DNA of 64,000 bases from IMG/VR virus record IMGVR_UViG_3300021964_000039, positions 1 through 64,000 of that record. The stretch is one strand, 5' to 3'. Below are positions 37,218 to 47,200 of this stretch, one piece after another. The position numbers and the translations under genes were made by a program. Position 1 is the stretch's first letter, and every line of letters starts with the position of its first letter. Source of the stretch: a virus. A model generated the notes under the pieces. The model ran no database searches, had not been told where the DNA came from, and worked only from the letters and a program-made list of their open reading frames with translations.

Positions 37218-38135
37218 TTAGATATTGTTTATAGCGTTTATGATATCATCAACTGTAGAGCCAGAACCTGCAGCAGGAAGAGCATCTTGTAATTCTTCAA
37301 TAGGAATCATTCTCTTCCATTGGCCATCAATATAGAAATTATTTTCATGATTATCTCTATCATAAACCCAAAGACCATTTGCTCCGTCTGTCTCAACGTT
37401 TATAGCTCCGCCTACAACTTTATTTGCATCTGCTAAATCAGTGGTTGTATCAGTTGCAAGTGATGCTAGTTGGTTATTAGCAACTCTAGCAGTTCTATAA
37501 CCTCCGCTACCTACAATTCTTACAACACCGTCTAGTCTTGCTTCCCATTGCATAGCTTGGTCAACTGTTACAACACTAATACCACTACCATCTGTAGGAG
37601 CTGCATTAAAGACTAAACCACCTTTAGTATTTGAAGTGTCATTGTCATACCCAGCTTCTAGGTAGGCTTGGTTTACAACAAAATTATCATTTAATCCAAA
37701 ACCATTTCCTGCTGCAACTTTAACTTCTGCATTAATAGGTCTGCCAAAATTCCATTCGCCGGAAGCGCCTAGCCCAGGGTCAAAACTTAGTTGACCAGTC
37801 CCTAAGTATAGAGTAGTTCCGCTTAAATATAAGTCTCTAAATTTAAACGCAGAGCTACCTAAGTCGTATGCTTCGTCTGAATCTGGAATTAAACTTCCGA
37901 GTATATTTTGTCCGCTAACTGGTGGATTATCACCAAATGTATTAAAGGCACTACTAATATCTATAGTATTACCTCCGGTAATTGTAAGATTAGATCCGTT
38001 TAAACTAATAGTTTGATTGTCACTATCAGCTGCACTTTCTAAAGTTTGCACTCTCCCGTCAAGGTCGGAAAAGTTACCATCAAGTTCGGCAAATGTTAGC
38101 TCGCTCCCTTTGGTATTTCTAAGTGTGATTGGCAT
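37218..38135 (-). CDS. Virion fibre-like protein
   Basis: ITLRNTKGSELTFAELDGNF and LIPDSDEAYDLGSS..KFRDLYLSG motifs. Confidence 0.55.
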   Translation of the reverse strand: MPITLRNTKGSELTFAELDGNFSDLDGRVQTLESAADSDNQTISLNGSNLTITGGNTIDISSAFNTFGDNPPVSGQNILGSLIPDSDEAYDLGSSAFKFRDLYLSGTTLYLGTGQLSFDPGLGASGEWNFGRPINAEVKVAAGNGFGLNDNFVVNQAYLEAGYDNDTSNTKGGLVFNAAPTDGSGISVVTVDQAMQWEARLDGVVRIVGSGGYRTARVANNQLASLATDTTTDLADANKVVGGAINVETDGANGLWVYDRDNHENNFYIDGQWKRMIPIEELQDALPAAGSGSTVDDIINAINNI

Positions 38136-38159
38136 TATATATCTCCTTTATGTTGCTAA

Positions 38160-39350
38160 TCAATTGTCTGGTTTAGCTCTTAGAGCCTTACTCAAACTTT
38201 GCCTTTCGGGTACTGTTTCTCCCCCTATGTTATTTGTACTGGTATTATTTATGAATTTACCTTTTTGGTGGTTTCTAGTATCTGTGTTAGACAATGTTAC
38301 TCTAACATCGTCAACAATCTTCAACCATCTGTTTCCATCAAATCTAAACATTCTTTTAGGCAAAAAATCTGTTCTTAAGAAGTAGTCACCCTTGTCAGCA
38401 TTGTTAGGAAAACTTATCCCCATGCCAAAATTTGCTCCGTTAGGTGCTTCTTCTGTTCCTAATAAATATCCTTCATATCCTAGTTTAGCAGGTTTGTGTG
38501 CTAATTTTTCGGGATTAATATTTGCTGTATACCCTTGTATAACATATGCAGGTGAAACATATGTTCCTGGATCAGTCCCAGGCTGAGTTGCATCGACATC
38601 AATACTTCCATCTTCATTTGTAGCTAGTGTATAATAATGACTAATATCATATCCACTTTCTGGTGCATCTGCTTCTGCCTGTGCAACTACCGCATCATTA
38701 ATTTGCATTTCTTTTTCAAATGTAGACAATACATCTCTTAAAGTTTCATTAGTATCTTCACCTGCTGGCAAATCAAGTATTTCTTTAAATTCTTGTCCGT
38801 CATATATTTGCTTCATTTTTAATCTATATAAATGAGGATACCAAGTTGGCGAAAATCCTTCAGACGCTCTACTTACATCATCAATTACATAGAAACGCTT
38901 TAGAGCAACACTGAAATCGTTTAATGCATATTCATCTTTTAGATGCGGCAATTCTATAACATCACCGGGCATTAATTTTCTTCCTATAGTTTTGACACTA
39001 TTTCTAATATGAACAGTCATGAATAGTGTGTCGTTATCAAGAAACAACCCAAATTGACTGAGGTTGAAATCTATATCCTGTACATTGTAAATGCCGCGCA
39101 ATGTGTAAATGTCCGGATCATACTTTCTATCTCTATTTTCTAAGAATAGTAAATCTTGAATATTTGTTTCTGCAACGCTATTATACCTAGGTGAATCTGC
39201 TGTTGCGTCTTCACTTTCAGGATTTTCGGGACCTAAGTATTTGTGTACCAATACATCGGTGCCGCCGACAGTAAACATTTCTAAGATTTGTCTATCTAGA
39301 AATTCATAATCTTTTCCGCGTTCAGGTTTGTATAAACTAAGTCTTGGCAT
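38160..39350 (-). CDS. gp14: Neck protein, T4 gp14-like
   Basis: DLLFLENRDRKY, LSQFGLF...D.LF, PGDVIELPH; position next to the gp13- and gp15-like genes. Confidence 0.65.
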   Translation of the reverse strand: MPRLSLYKPERGKDYEFLDRQILEMFTVGGTDVLVHKYLGPENPESEDATADSPRYNSVAETNIQDLLFLENRDRKYDPDIYTLRGIYNVQDIDFNLSQFGLFLDNDTLFMTVHIRNSVKTIGRKLMPGDVIELPHLKDEYALNDFSVALKRFYVIDDVSRASEGFSPTWYPHLYRLKMKQIYDGQEFKEILDLPAGEDTNETLRDVLSTFEKEMQINDAVVAQAEADAPESGYDISHYYTLATNEDGSIDVDATQPGTDPGTYVSPAYVIQGYTANINPEKLAHKPAKLGYEGYLLGTEEAPNGANFGMGISFPNNADKGDYFLRTDFLPKRMFRFDGNRWLKIVDDVRVTLSNTDTRNHQKGKFINNTSTNNIGGETVPERQSLSKALRAKPDN

Positions 39351-39355
39351 ATGTA

Positions 39356-39372
39356 TATTTATTCGATAAATA
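39356..39372. promoter_or_regulatory. Back-to-back late promoters TATTTAT-tcg-ATAAATA driving divergent gp14 and gp13
   Basis: Perfect 7-bp inverted repeat; each arm is a T4-like late promoter core. Confidence 0.7.
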
Positions 39373-39390
39373 CTAATGGAGAATATAACT

Positions 39391-40149
39391 ATGTCAGCAC
39401 ACGCTACACAAAAACAAGAAATTTTTGATTATGTAAATGCATTTTTAGGCGGCGGAATGGTCGATGTTGAACTTGATCCTATCCACTACGAAACGGCATT
39501 GAAGAAAGCGTTATCTAAGTTTAGACAACGATCAGACAATAGCGTCGAGGAAAGCTACTTATTTTTTGATACAGTAGTTGATCAAAACGAATATACACTA
39601 CCTAACGAAGTTATAGAAGTACGCAAAATATTTAGAAGAAGTGTGGGTTCAAGAACAGGCGGCGGCGATGGCGGAAGTATCTTTGAGCCATTCAATCTTG
39701 CTTATACAAACACCTATCTATTAGCAAGTTCAAACATGGGAGGACTAGCTACATATGATTTGTTTAGTCAATATCAAGAATTAGTCGGCAGAATGTTTGG
39801 ATCATTTATTGAATTTAAATGGAATAGTACCTCCAAAAAATTAACACTACTGCAACGTCCTAGAGCAGAAGAAACGCTTATGTTGTATGCATACAACTAT
39901 AGACCAGACAGTGAATTACTTAATGACTACCTTGCAAGCCAATGGATTAAAGACTATACGCTTGCAGGCTGTAAGTATATGCTAGGCGAAGCTAGAGAAA
40001 AATTTGCTACTATCGCTGGACCACAAGGTGGTACTAGTCTTAATGGTGCAAGTCTTAAAGCCGAAGCCCAGGGCGAAATGGAAAAATTAGATCAAGAAGT
40101 GTCACTTGCTGTTTCAGGTGGTACAGGATATAGTTTCTTAATAGGTTGA
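39391..40149 (+). CDS. gp13: Neck protein, T4 gp13-like
   Basis: LGGGMVDVELD, W.KDY.LA..K..LG..R.KF..I.GP.GG..LNG..L..EA. SD GGAG favours ATG 39391 (track start 39376). Confidence 0.8.
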   Translation: MSAHATQKQEIFDYVNAFLGGGMVDVELDPIHYETALKKALSKFRQRSDNSVEESYLFFDTVVDQNEYTLPNEVIEVRKIFRRSVGSRTGGGDGGSIFEPFNLAYTNTYLLASSNMGGLATYDLFSQYQELVGRMFGSFIEFKWNSTSKKLTLLQRPRAEETLMLYAYNYRPDSELLNDYLASQWIKDYTLAGCKYMLGEAREKFATIAGPQGGTSLNGASLKAEAQGEMEKLDQEVSLAVSGGTGYSFLIG

Positions 40150-40174
40150 CAAATCCTTTTGTATATCGTATAAT
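40146..40174 (+). promoter_or_regulatory. Consensus sigma70 promoter TTGACA-17-TATAAT for the dNMP kinase
   Basis: Perfect consensus with 17-bp spacer. Confidence 0.85.
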
Positions 40175-40201
40175 ATGATATAGTATAAGGAAAGGTTAAT
40201 C

Positions 40202-40813
40202 ATGGTAATTGGAATCTGTGGACTAATAGGCAGCGGCAAAGATACGGTCGCAAAATTTCTAATAGAAAATCATGGATATGAAAAAATCTCTTTTGCAGAT
40301 TCATTGAAAGATGGTGTTTCTACTGTTTTTGGATGGGACAGAGAAATGCTTGAAGGACAAACTGATGAATCTCGACAATGGAGAGAAGAACCTGATGAAT
40401 TTTGGTCCAAAGAAACAGGCAAAAAAATTACTCCACGTTTAATTTTACAACTTTTTGGAACCGACTGTATGCGTAACGGATTTTATGATGGCATATGGGT
40501 AAGTTTAACAAAAAAGAAAATATTAGAAAATCCGGAAACAAACTATGTTATACCTGATGTTAGATTTTCTAATGAAGCACAAATGATTAAAGATATCAAC
40601 GGAAAAGTATGGAGAATACGTAGAGGTCCTGATCCAGTTTGGTTTCGTATGTATCAAGACATAGGTGTAGAGCCAACGGACGTACACGAAAGTGAATGGA
40701 GATGGGCAAATGTATCATTTGATACTATTGTTGATAATTTTGGCACCATAGATGATCTCAAAAATCTGGTTTCAAATCACCTTGCTTCCACCGAACTCCT
40801 TCTTTCTGCATAA
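40202..40813 (+). CDS. gp1: Deoxynucleoside monophosphate kinase (T4 gp1-like)
   Basis: GICGLIGSGKDT, SFADSLK, TPRLILQLFGTD, DVRFSNE, HESE. Confidence 0.9.
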   Translation: MVIGICGLIGSGKDTVAKFLIENHGYEKISFADSLKDGVSTVFGWDREMLEGQTDESRQWREEPDEFWSKETGKKITPRLILQLFGTDCMRNGFYDGIWVSLTKKKILENPETNYVIPDVRFSNEAQMIKDINGKVWRIRRGPDPVWFRMYQDIGVEPTDVHESEWRWANVSFDTIVDNFGTIDDLKNLVSNHLASTELLLSA

Positions 40814-41096
40814 TACGTTGGCAGTTTGCACATATAGTTTTTAAGTTTAAAGGCGAGCAATTATTCAAGTTTCCATCAACATGGAAAACATTAAATTGTT
40901 CAGGATGTGTAGATTTATAATTACACTTCTCACAGAATGACTTTTTTTTGTATCCTGCTTGTTTCCATTTAGGTATACCGTGACTAACACCTCCATGCGT
41001 TAAACACATCTCGCATTTTTTCCTATAGTAAATTTTATTACCTTTTTTGTAATTTATTGCCGCTGGTCTAAATCCGCATACACATAATGGTCTCAT
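40758..41096 (-). CDS. Small Zn-finger/HNH-like protein
   Basis: CxC, CxxC, CxxC, HVDGNLNN...NLKTICANC. Confidence 0.7.
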   Translation of the reverse strand: MRPLCVCGFRPAAINYKKGNKIYYRKKCEMCLTHGGVSHGIPKWKQAGYKKKSFCEKCNYKSTHPEQFNVFHVDGNLNNCSPLNLKTICANCQRIMQKEGVRWKQGDLKPDF

Positions 41097-41165
41097 ATTG
41101 TATTTACCTCACCTTTTCATCACCTTTTTTCGGTGTTAACAGTACTGATTTTTCTATCTGATGGC

Positions 41166-41171
41166 TAAATA
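41166..41171 (+). promoter_or_regulatory. Late promoter core TAAATA before the tail sheath gene
   Basis: Intergenic, recurrent motif. Confidence 0.6.
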
Positions 41172-41209
41172 ACATTAATAAAGAATTTTGAATTCATAGG
41201 AGAATTATA

Positions 41210-44200
41210 ATGGCATTGACATCACCAGGAGTTCAGGTTAGTGTAATAGACGAAAGTTTTTATACTTCAGCACAACCAGGAACAGTTCCAATGTTGCTTG
41301 TAGCGTCAGCACAAGACAAAGCAAATGCTGCTGGAACAGGCATAGCACAAGGAACAAGACAAGCAAACGCTGGTAACCCATATCTAGTTACAAGTCAAAG
41401 AGACTTAGTAGAGTTATTTGGTGAACCAGTATTTTATACAGATACAAATAACAATCCAGTACATGGCGGAGAACTTAATGAATATGGACTTCAGGCTGCA
41501 TATTCATTATTAGGTGTTAGTAATAGAGCATATATTGTTCGTGCAGACATAGATCTAGCATCACTAACTCCTAGTGCTAACGCTCCTGCTGCAAATCCGC
41601 AATCAGGAGAATATTGGTTTGATATTGCAAGTTCTTTGTACGGAATTTTTGAATGGAACGGCAATGCTGTAACAACTACTAATGGACAAACATTCACAAA
41701 TAAGACTCCTAGAATTATAAATGCACAAGGTGATGTTGTAAACTTTAGTACAGGAGATTATACTCCTAAAGCGTCTATTGGTGCTATTGGCGAATATGCC
41801 TTAGTAACTGTAACAAGTGTAAACAAGTTATGGTATAAGAATAGTGCTGGAACATGGGTCACAGTTGGTAGTTCTGCTTGGACAGCAAGTTGGCCAACAG
41901 TAAGAAGTGGTACAAGTAATCCAACAATTAATCCTGCAGATTCATTTGATATCAACAGTACACCAATTACAGGTTGGGGAGGAAACTCCGTAACTGATCT
42001 TGCAGGCTATATTAACTCACTTAGCTTAGGTGCTGGCGGTGCAGGTGCAGTAACAGCAGCCGTTGTAGACAACAGACTAGAGCTATACAGCGCAGGTAAT
42101 CCTGTAATAATTGGTGCAGGAACAGGTACTATACTTTCAGATCTTGATATTACAGCTACTACATTCCAAGCTCCTGCATTGCAAATTAGCACACATACTA
42201 ATGTACCACAGTTTAAATCAAATGGTACTAATAATCCAACAGGTTCTATATGGGTTAAGACTACACAACCAAATGGCGGCGCAAAATATAGCGTTAAGCG
42301 TTGGAATGCAACAACAGCACTTTGGGAAGCACTATCATCACCAATATATGATACAAACCATGCTGCACTGTATGGTTTGGATGTAGCTGGCGGTGGCAAG
42401 AATTTACCAGTTGGGTCAATTTATATTCAAAGCAATCCAACAGAAGATAGTCCAACAGAAGCTTCATTTAAGATTATGCGTAGAGCAGTTTCAGGTGATA
42501 CAGCAGTAACTAGTGCAGCAATTACAGGACTAAGTGTTACTGGCGGAGCCGGCGGCGGCGCAGTATACAACTTTGATATTCAAGAATCAATTGTTGGTAA
42601 TTCAGCCCTTAATCCTGCAATCACTGTAACATTTACTGCTACAAATGCAGCTACAGATGCAGAAGATATAGCGGCAGCTATTAACAGCGCAGGCTTTGTA
42701 AATATTGTTGCAAGCGTAGATAGTTCTAATAAACTTAGTATAGCACATACAGCAGGCGGAGAGTTCCGTATTGCAGACACTGACGGAGCACTAGCAGATA
42801 TAGGTTACACAGCATTTAATAATGCAACCTCAACAGGCACACCTAATCTTTATGCCGCACCAGCAGGTGATACAACAAATGATTTTGTAGCAACAAACTG
42901 GAATGTACTTTCATATACAGCAAGCGTAGATGCTCCAACTTCGTTAACAGATAACAATACACTATGGTATAATAGTGTAGTTGATGAAGTGGACATTATG
43001 GTACATAACGGCAGTACTTGGGTAGGATACTTAGATTCTACAAGTCCATACTATGCCGCGCAAGCAGGTAATCAAACCGATCCTGTAGGACCAATTGTTT
43101 CTGCAACACAACCTGAAGAGCAAAGTGATGGTAGCGATCTTAAAGAAGGTGATATTTGGATTGACACTTCTGATTTAGAAAACTATCCTAGAATTTACAA
43201 GTATAATGCAACATTGTTAAGATGGATTGAAGTTGATACTTCAGATCAGACTACAGAAGATGGCATCTTATTTGCAGATGCACGTTGGACTGATGCAGGA
43301 TATGATGCAACTAATGTAGCATCTAGTATTACAGACTTGTTGGTTAGTAATTACTTAGATCCAGACGCTCCAGATCCTGCACTTTATCCAAGAGGAATGT
43401 TATTATGGAATACACGCAGAAGCGGATTTAATGTTAAGAGATTTGTAAGAAACTACATTGATTTAACAACAACTAACCCAAGATTTAACAATGAAGATAT
43501 GAATGATCTAACAACAGGTCAAAAATATTATCCACATCGTTGGGTTACTGAATCAGCTAACCAAGCAAACGGAGCAGGATCTTTTGGTCGCAATGCTCAA
43601 CGCAAAGTGATTGTACAAGCACTACAAGCTGAAATAAACAGTAATGAAGAAATTAGAGATGAACAGTCAAAGCAATTTAATATTATTGCTACTCCAGGCT
43701 ATTCAGAACTAATTGGAGAAATGGTAACACTTAACTATGACAGAGGATTAACAGCATTTGTACTTGGTGATTCCCCTGCAAGGCTAACAAGTGATGCTAC
43801 TTCATTGTCAGAATGGTCAACTAATGTAAACCAGGCAGTTGAAGATAATTCAAACGGGCTAGTTAGTTTTGACGAATATTTGGCTGTGTTCTATCCATGG
43901 GGTATAACATCAGACAATGCAGGAAATAATATTGTTGTTCCACCAAGTCATATGATGCTACGTACTATTGCATTAAGTGACCAGGTTAGCTTCCCATGGT
44001 TTGCACCAGCCGGAACTAGAAGAGGAAATATTACAAATGCAACTGCTGCAGGTTTTGTAAACAGTGAAGGAGAATTTGTAAGTATATCTCTAAACGAAGG
44101 ACAGCGAGATACACTTTATTCAAATAAAGTCAATCCTATATCATTCTTAACTGGTGCAGGTTTGGTTAACTTTGGACAAAAGACTAGAGCTCCAAATGAT

Positions 44201-44527
44201 AGTGCATTAGATAGAATTAATGTTGCTAGATTGGTAATTTATTTGAGATCACAACTACAGTCATTGTCAAAGCCGTTCATATTTGAACCAAATGATAAGA
44301 TAACTAGAGATGAAATAAAGCAAGCTACAGAAAGCCTATTATTAGAACTAGTAGGACAAAGAGCATTGTATGACTTCTTAGTTGTATGCGATGAAACTAA
44401 CAATACTCCAGCTAGAATTGATAGAAATGAACTATACTTAGACATTGCTATTGAACCGGTTAAAGCAGTTGAGTTTATTTACATACCTCTTAGACTTAAG
44501 AACACCGGAGAAATTGCGGCTCTTTAA
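41210..44527 (+). CDS. gp18: Contractile tail sheath protein with a large internal insertion
   Basis: MALTSPGVQVSVIDES, PWFAPAGTRRG, RDTLY..KVNPI, GQKT, SALDRINVARL, FEPND..TR, VVCDETNNTP..IDRNEL..DIAIEP.KA.EFIYI. Confidence 0.95.
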   Translation: MALTSPGVQVSVIDESFYTSAQPGTVPMLLVASAQDKANAAGTGIAQGTRQANAGNPYLVTSQRDLVELFGEPVFYTDTNNNPVHGGELNEYGLQAAYSLLGVSNRAYIVRADIDLASLTPSANAPAANPQSGEYWFDIASSLYGIFEWNGNAVTTTNGQTFTNKTPRIINAQGDVVNFSTGDYTPKASIGAIGEYALVTVTSVNKLWYKNSAGTWVTVGSSAWTASWPTVRSGTSNPTINPADSFDINSTPITGWGGNSVTDLAGYINSLSLGAGGAGAVTAAVVDNRLELYSAGNPVIIGAGTGTILSDLDITATTFQAPALQISTHTNVPQFKSNGTNNPTGSIWVKTTQPNGGAKYSVKRWNATTALWEALSSPIYDTNHAALYGLDVAGGGKNLPVGSIYIQSNPTEDSPTEASFKIMRRAVSGDTAVTSAAITGLSVTGGAGGGAVYNFDIQESIVGNSALNPAITVTFTATNAATDAEDIAAAINSAGFVNIVASVDSSNKLSIAHTAGGEFRIADTDGALADIGYTAFNNATSTGTPNLYAAPAGDTTNDFVATNWNVLSYTASVDAPTSLTDNNTLWYNSVVDEVDIMVHNGSTWVGYLDSTSPYYAAQAGNQTDPVGPIVSATQPEEQSDGSDLKEGDIWIDTSDLENYPRIYKYNATLLRWIEVDTSDQTTEDGILFADARWTDAGYDATNVASSITDLLVSNYLDPDAPDPALYPRGMLLWNTRRSGFNVKRFVRNYIDLTTTNPRFNNEDMNDLTTGQKYYPHRWVTESANQANGAGSFGRNAQRKVIVQALQAEINSNEEIRDEQSKQFNIIATPGYSELIGEMVTLNYDRGLTAFVLGDSPARLTSDATSLSEWSTNVNQAVEDNSNGLVSFDEYLAVFYPWGITSDNAGNNIVVPPSHMMLRTIALSDQVSFPWFAPAGTRRGNITNATAAGFVNSEGEFVSISLNEGQRDTLYSNKVNPISFLTGAGLVNFGQKTRAPNDSALDRINVARLVIYLRSQLQSLSKPFIFEPNDKITRDEIKQATESLLLELVGQRALYDFLVVCDETNNTPARIDRNELYLDIAIEPVKAVEFIYIPLRLKNTGEIAAL

Positions 44528-44544
44528 TAGCTGAAGAAATGTGA

Positions 44545-44550
44545 TAAATA
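44545..44550 (+). promoter_or_regulatory. Late promoter core TAAATA before the tail tube gene
   Basis: Intergenic, recurrent motif. Confidence 0.6.
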
Positions 44551-44570
44551 ATAGTAACAGGAGATATTAA

Positions 44571-45197
44571 ATGGCTATTTCAACACTATCAAAATTAACT
44601 GTGCCGCTAGATAGCGATAACAGTGCAACTAATCAGGGCTTATTAATGCCTAAGTTGCAGTATCGCTTTAGAGTGACACTGGAAAACTTTGGTGTGTCGA
44701 CTCCTACAACAGAGCTTACAAAACAAGTTATGGACGTTACTCGTCCAACAGTATCGTTTGATCAAATTACTCTTGATGCATATAACTCACGTGTGTATTT
44801 GGCAGGTAAGCATACTTGGGAGCCGATTACACTTAACTTGCGTGAAGACGTAAACAATAATGTACAAAAACTTGTTGGCGAACAGTTACAGAAACAATTC
44901 GACTTCTTCGAACAGGCAAGTGCTGCATCAGGTATAGATTATAAGTTCTTAACAAGAATGGAAATACTTGACGGTGGTAACGGTATAAATGAACCAAATG
45001 TATTAGAAACTTTTGAATTATACGGTTGTTACATAGAAAATGCAAATTATAACAGTTTAAATTATACAACTAATGATCCTGTTAATGTAACACTACAAAT
45101 ACGTTATGATAATGCTATCCAATCACCACAAGGTACAGGTATTGGTACAGCAATCGGACGTACTACAAATACTTTAGTTACCGGCGGCGGCCTATAA
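44571..45197 (+). CDS. gp19: Tail tube protein
   Basis: PKLQYRFRV, RP..F, GK..W..IT, follows the sheath gene. Confidence 0.85.
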   Translation: MAISTLSKLTVPLDSDNSATNQGLLMPKLQYRFRVTLENFGVSTPTTELTKQVMDVTRPTVSFDQITLDAYNSRVYLAGKHTWEPITLNLREDVNNNVQKLVGEQLQKQFDFFEQASAASGIDYKFLTRMEILDGGNGINEPNVLETFELYGCYIENANYNSLNYTTNDPVNVTLQIRYDNAIQSPQGTGIGTAIGRTTNTLVTGGGL

Positions 45198-45220
45198 TAA
45201 CAAAATAATAGCCAATATAG

Positions 45221-45241
45221 AAAGGGGACTTAGTCCCCTTT
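45221..45241 (+). terminator. Intrinsic terminator after the tail tube gene
   Basis: AAAGGGGACT-T-AGTCCCCTTT inverted repeat. Confidence 0.7.
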
Positions 45242-45274
45242 CCTTATGATTATATACGTACTTTAAACATAAGA

Positions 45275-45280
45275 TAAATA
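45275..45280 (+). promoter_or_regulatory. Late promoter TAAATA, 5 nt before the ATG
   Basis: TAAATA-ATAGT-ATG. Confidence 0.6.
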
Positions 45281-45285
45281 ATAGT

Positions 45286-46377
45286 ATGGCAGGTAACAAT
45301 AATTTTGCAGACAATTTACTATCGGGTCTCCTAAATCCTAAAGGAAATTTAGGTGATTTCCAACATGCGGCACGTCTTTATGTTGATGATTATTTCAGGT
45401 TAGCACCTAAAACTAAATTTCTATATTTTGTTAACTGGAAAATAAATGAAGAAGTACAACAACTTTTTCTTAAAGGAGCCCAGCAAAAACATTTATTAGA
45501 AGCTGCTCTACTTGTTAAATCTATTGATTTGCCGTCATTAGACATGCGTGTTGAAACAAAGAATTCTTACAATAGAAAGAAGAATTACCATACAGGCATA
45601 ACCTATGATCCTATAAATGTTACAATGCATGACGATAATTATAGCACAACAACTGCTTTACTAGAAGCATATTACAGATACAACTATGCTGACGGTAATG
45701 CACTTAAAGAACAAAACGACCCAAGGTATGCATCTAGAAATACATACGGTAATAGTGAAACTAGAAAATATAAGTACGGATTAGATTATAGTTATGCTAA
45801 TAATCCTTTACAGATTAAAAGACCTTTCTTTGATAGTTTTGATATATACCAATTTTCGAGAAAATTCTTTACAAAATTTAGTTTAATAAATCCTATCATA
45901 ACTAATATTCAACACGATACCATGGACCAGTCTGATGGACAAACACCATCACAAAATAGATTTTCACTAATGTACGAAGCAGTAGTATACGGCCAAGGAG
46001 AAATTAAAGATGGTGATCCTGCAGGATTTGCTGAAATACATTATGACAAAACACCAAGTCCTCTAAGTTTAGAAGGTGGTGGTATTTCAAGTTTCTTTGG
46101 CTCAGGAGGAGCAATTGAAGGCGTAGGGAAATTGGGATTATTACTAGGTGGTGAAAACCCATCTTTGTTGACAGCTGCTATAGTTGCAGGTAACCTTGCA
46201 AATAACTCAAAAGATTTAGATAGCGAAAAATTTAAAGCTGAAGCGACTGCAATAACAATCAATCAAATAACAAGTATTCAACCTGAGGATGTTTCTGGAC
46301 AATATTCAAGTATAAGTGCTGATATTCCAGTAACTGGTAATGAACCAGTCACATCAACAGACCAAAGGAAAGCATAA
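45286..46377 (+). CDS. Tail-tube-fold baseplate protein (gp54/gp48-like)
   Basis: VKSIDLP, YNRK, YDPINVTMHDD tube-like motifs. Confidence 0.55.
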   Translation: MAGNNNFADNLLSGLLNPKGNLGDFQHAARLYVDDYFRLAPKTKFLYFVNWKINEEVQQLFLKGAQQKHLLEAALLVKSIDLPSLDMRVETKNSYNRKKNYHTGITYDPINVTMHDDNYSTTTALLEAYYRYNYADGNALKEQNDPRYASRNTYGNSETRKYKYGLDYSYANNPLQIKRPFFDSFDIYQFSRKFFTKFSLINPIITNIQHDTMDQSDGQTPSQNRFSLMYEAVVYGQGEIKDGDPAGFAEIHYDKTPSPLSLEGGGISSFFGSGGAIEGVGKLGLLLGGENPSLLTAAIVAGNLANNSKDLDSEKFKAEATAITINQITSIQPEDVSGQYSSISADIPVTGNEPVTSTDQRKA

Positions 46378-46388
46378 GGAAGACAAAA

Positions 46389-46763
46389 ATGCAAACAGAC
46401 TACAATGAAGCAATTATAAGTAAAAAAGATAGTGCAGATTCTGTTGTTGGTTACTTTGATACATATTTTGATGCACCTATTTCATATGCACAAAATGAAT
46501 TAGATGCTGTAGTAGGATTTTTCCAAAATGCAGGCTTTGGACAAGAGTCAGCAACTAGTATCGCAGGAGTATTGTTGTTTCAAGCAAAATTAGAAAATGT
46601 TCCAGTAATGAAACTAATTGATACATTAAAGCAATACACACCTCCACAACTATCACAAGTAGTGAGCCAGATTGTAAATAATTATAGATCTAATACTAGT
46701 GCAATAGGTTACAAAAGTGACAGACCACCTAGTGATTATGCAAGTAGAAACATAAAGGCTTAA
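46389..46763 (+). CDS. Hypothetical protein (tail/baseplate region)
   Basis: 124-aa ORF with SD, coupled to its neighbours. Confidence 0.5.
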   Translation: MQTDYNEAIISKKDSADSVVGYFDTYFDAPISYAQNELDAVVGFFQNAGFGQESATSIAGVLLFQAKLENVPVMKLIDTLKQYTPPQLSQVVSQIVNNYRSNTSAIGYKSDRPPSDYASRNIKA

Positions 46764-46765
46764 TA

Positions 46766-47200
46766 ATGGCCAAATTCGCTCAGGGTAAGTTTAAACCCAA
46801 AAATCCTGACAAATATATGGGAAACAGAACTCCTACTTATCGCAGTAGTTGGGAATTTGCATTTATGAGATTTTGTGATGAACATCCTAGTGTATCAAAA
46901 TGGGCTAGTGAGAGTATTAAAATTCCTTATAGGAATCCATTAACAGGTAAGCAAACAATTTATGTTCCTGATTTTTTTGTAGTATATATTGACAAAAAAG
47001 GAAAACAACGAGTTGAACTAATAGAAGTCAAACCCGAAAATCAAACTATAAGAGAAAAGTTAGGTAGAAGCAAAGCAAATCAGGCGCATTGGGTTTTGAA
47101 TCAAGCAAAATGGGAAGCGGCTAGAGCATATTGCAAACAAAAAGGAATATTCTTTAGAATAGTAAACGAGTCTGATATATTTCATAACGGAAGAAGATAA
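46766..47200 (+). CDS. gp4: Head completion nuclease, T4 gp4-like
   Basis: GKFKPKNPDKY, YRSSWE, WASE.I.IPY, Y.PDF, IEVKP, NQAKWEAA. Confidence 0.9.
   Translation: MAKFAQGKFKPKNPDKYMGNRTPTYRSSWEFAFMRFCDEHPSVSKWASESIKIPYRNPLTGKQTIYVPDFFVVYIDKKGKQRVELIEVKPENQTIREKLGRSKANQAHWVLNQAKWEAARAYCKQKGIFFRIVNESDIFHNGRR

Noticed and set aside
40758-41096. Mobile HNH homing endonuclease or intron
   Set aside because: Only 112 aa, free-standing with its own late promoter, interrupts no gene, and the final HNH His is replaced (CANCQR); more likely a resident phage protein
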